DNA from: the human T2T-CHM13v2.0 reference genome, Homo sapiens
Length of the DNA stretch: 64,000 nt
Direction: 5' to 3' (one strand)
NCBI RefSeq assembly: GCF_009914755.1
Contig: NC_060943.1
Numbering within the stretch: the first letter of the stretch is position 1; each line of letters starts with the position of its first letter. The position numbers were made by a program, and so were the translations under genes. Positions 60,956 to 64,000 of this stretch are shown here, in pieces. The notes beneath the pieces were generated by a model. That model worked only from the letters and a program-made list of their open reading frames with translations. It did not search any database and had not been told where the DNA came from.

Positions 60956-61082
60956 CCCAAGAGACTAGGTCCCTGTGGTTCTCCAGGATCACATCTCTGT
61001 CCAGGGTCCTCTGAGCAGGGTTCCAAGTACCCTGTTCCTCCCGTGTGAAGTCCACAGTCACAATTTTGAAGTTCACTCCTTC
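60956..61082 (-). CDS. ZNF180: ZNF180 divergent KRAB-A exon ([42 protein letters not shown])
   Basis: 127-nt exon with acceptor ttttag| and donor G|GTAAGA; phase fits the final exon. I did not identify upstream exons in the window. Confidence 0.85.
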
Positions 61083-61436
61083 CTAAAAAAGGACACACAT
61101 TCCTGCTCAGCTGGGCATCATTTCCTTCCAAAGTTCATGGAGGAGGAAAAGTCTGACAGATGGAAAAAGGAAAATTGGTGACCTGGGGAGTTGTCCTTAA
61201 ATTGTCAGTGCCCAAAAGATTCCAGTCAAGATGTACAGGTGCCTTCTGGGTGAGCTCTTTGGGTTTTGGATGCTGGACCTGTTTTTACAACTCCAAAGAG
61301 GAATACCAGATAAGAACTGATATAAACTATTTTATTTTGTCTGCCTTAAAAAGGATGCTTATTCTGACTTTTGCACTGGTGAATATAGAATTCCCACTTA
61401 GGAATTCCCTCTAAATTCCCAAGAAATTAATGAAAC

Positions 61437-61632
61437 AGGGGTGGTTGATTTTTTTCTGTCAAAGGCCAGATAGTAAATATTTCACACTTTGCCAGCCATA
61501 CAGTCTCTATCACACTACTCAACTCTGCTGCTATAGCAAGAAATTAGCCACAGAAAATATATAAACAAATGGGTGTGGCTACATTACAATAGATCTTTAT
61601 TTACAAAAACAGCCACAGGCTGTACTTTGCTA
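61437..61632. mobile_element. MER58A-like hAT DNA transposon
   Basis: caggggt...ttttctgtcaaaggccagatagtaaatattt...ctttatttacaaaaacag. Confidence 0.7.
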
Positions 61633-61784
61633 ATGCATGAGACAGAAAATGAAATGTGGACCTCGATGAAAAGCAGTATGTATAGGTGAAGAACACTGGA
61701 TGTAGAAGATACAAAGACTTGGCTTTCTCACCTATAAAGGGCATATATCTGCTTAAGAAATACATCTAATCTGACAATCTGTCC

Positions 61785-62078
61785 TTTTTTTTTCTTTTGA
61801 GACAAGACCTCACTCTGTTGCCCAGGCTGGAGTACAGTGGCACAATCATGGCTCACTGCAGCCTCCATCTTCTGGGCTCAAGTGATCCTCCCACCTAGTC
61901 TCCCAAGTAGCTGGGACTACAGGTGTGCATCACCGTGCTTGGCTAATTTTTAAAATTTTGTAGAGACAGACCCTCAATATATTGCTTAGGCTGGTCTCAG
62001 ACTCCTGTGTTCAAGGAATCTTCCCATCTCAGACTCCCACAGTGCTGGAATTACAGGGATGAGCCACCACACCTGACC
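61785..62078 (-). mobile_element. AluJ-like
   Basis: Reverse Alu. Confidence 0.85.
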
Positions 62079-62224
62079 CAATTGTCTTTCCGTGGCGAGT
62101 TTATTCCATTTCTATTTATTAGGCCTAATAATACCTAAATCATTGGGTTGAATGAATAATTACGATGATCTATGAAAAGCCACTAGCAGAGTTTACTGAT
62201 GAAACAACGAAGGCCAGCAATTAC

Positions 62225-62562
62225 GGGCTGAGTATCCCATAGCTAAAATACTTAGGACTGGAAGAATTTTGGATTTCAGATTTTGAAATATTTGCATTTA
62301 CATGAGATGCCTTGAAGATGGGATCCAAGTCTAAACACAAATTCATTTATGTTTCATATACACCTTAAACATATAGCCTAATGGTAATTTTATGCAATTT
62401 TTAAAAAAATTTTGTGTATGAAACAGTTTTGACTGTTTTGACTATGAGTGGTCGCATGAGGTCAAGTGTAGAATTTTCCACTTGTGGCATTATGCTGGGG
62501 CTCCAAAACCTTCCAATTTTGGACAATTTCAGATTTTTGGATTAGGGGTGCTTAGCCTGTAC
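62225..62562. mobile_element. Tigger/MER46-like non-autonomous DNA transposon
   Basis: Imperfect terminal inverted repeats (ggctgagtatccc ... ggggtgcttagcc). Confidence 0.6.
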
Positions 62563-63699
62563 TGTTATGATTAGTAGGTCTCAGGATCCTCAAAGATTAA
62601 CTGAGAGCCAAAGTGACCTTTATTCTGAACGCTCAGTCTTCAAATAACTGTTCTGTTTCTATCCATATCCAGCTGCATGGCAGAGCCTTTTAGGAGACGT
62701 TTGCTGTTATTACTGCCATATAAATGGGGTCTCTTGGGCTGCCTCCTCTAAGCAGGAAAGGGCCTGTTCTTAAGATAACTGGGCAGGAATTTTAATCCAA
62801 AAGAGAAGTGCTAAGGGTGATCTGTCCTTACCCAGGCACAGCAAAGGCAAGGGGAAGTCGAATGCCTCTTGCCACTAAAGGCTCTTTAAATAGACCAGGC
62901 ATTCTTGAGCTGCAGTTCATGAATAGGATACAGGGTCCTGAATGCCATGAAAACACATGCAAAATATTGCTGTATATGCCTCTAAGTTTGAGCCTAAAAA
63001 TTTCACTGAAACCTCAAATGTTTTCATGATTAGCCCAACGTGAAATTCAAAAAATAACTCGCCAACTGCTGCCTGTATTTAACATTAATCTTTAAGGTAT
63101 TGTCTTTCAATCTGTAATGCATGCTTCTTTTTAATAAACACTCCCCCTTTCTGTGTAATATAGGTCTCTTTAGTATAAAGCTTGTTCAAATGTCAAACAG
63201 ATAATACTAAACTAGATTAGCACCCCCACTCCACTCCCAACTATATATTCTCAAAGTTCCATGGACTTCTATAATCACACTTTCTTATTTGCAGAATGGT
63301 CATCTCTGTCACTAGGCCATGATCCATGAAGGCAGGGACAAGTATTTACAGTTTGCAAATGTAACTCCAATGCTTAGCATAGTGTTTATATATAGTAGAT
63401 ATTACATTTATATTTCACAAATTATTTCAGTAAGTGAATGAACACTATCAATAAACCTTCTAAGATATCAAAATAACCCTCACCCAAATTGATTTAAGTC
63501 ATCCCCCCTCACCTGAATCTCACAAGCTGTACCACATACCCATTTGAAAAGGCCCCTCAATGTGCAGATACTAGCTTTTCTGGACTTCTATCCCACTTAT
63601 TCTATTCTTCTCACTTGTCCCAAATTCCTCATGCCTGAAAACTCCTTCCCAAAATCTTCAACTGCCCTTGAAACTCATGTTTTGTAACAATAAAATAGG

Positions 63700-63990
63700 A
63701 TGGGTAGGGCGGCTCATGCCTATAATCCCAGCACTTTGGGAGACTGAGGTGGGTGGATCATTTCAGCCCAGGAATTCAAGACCAGCCTGGGCAACATGGT
63801 GAAACCCTGTCTCTACTAAAAACACAAAAAATTAGCCAGGCGTGCTGGTGCATGCCTATAGTCCCAGCTACTCAGGAGGCTGAGGTTTGGAGAATCACCT
63901 GAGCCTCGGAATTCAAGGCTGCAGTGAGCCATGATCACACCATTGCAGTCCAGCCTGGGTAACTGGAGTGAGACCCTGTCTCAAAATCAT
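63700..63990 (+). mobile_element. Alu
   Basis: Alu dimer. Confidence 0.85.
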
Positions 63991-64000
63991 AATAACAATA

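Overview
Human (hominid) DNA from a KRAB zinc-finger cluster, which I recognise as chr19q13.31. It holds the complete ZNF229 gene (minus strand; four coding exons reconstruct to 825 aa), the frameshifted ZNF285B pseudogene (plus strand) and the 3' part of ZNF180 (minus strand). These lie among many L1, Alu, LTR and DNA-transposon fragments, plus a full-length SVA with TSDs about 1.2 kb upstream of the ZNF229 promoter. The most notable structure is at 33-42 kb and 55-56 kb: three copies of a ~147-bp tandem repeat that resembles the ACRO1 satellite. The middle copy is built like a spliced Pol II gene on the minus strand, with a DUX4-type motif, GC boxes, a TATA box, an Inr, a short non-coding exon 1 with a GTAAGT donor, and a ~2.9-kb reading frame. 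That frame encodes a Ser/Pro-rich protein of 48/49-aa repeats carrying RNA Pol II CTD-like (S)PSYSPT motifs and a His/Cys/Arg-rich tail, and it is interrupted by a CAG>TAG stop. Gene and repeat-family names come from my recognition of the sequence, not from a database search.
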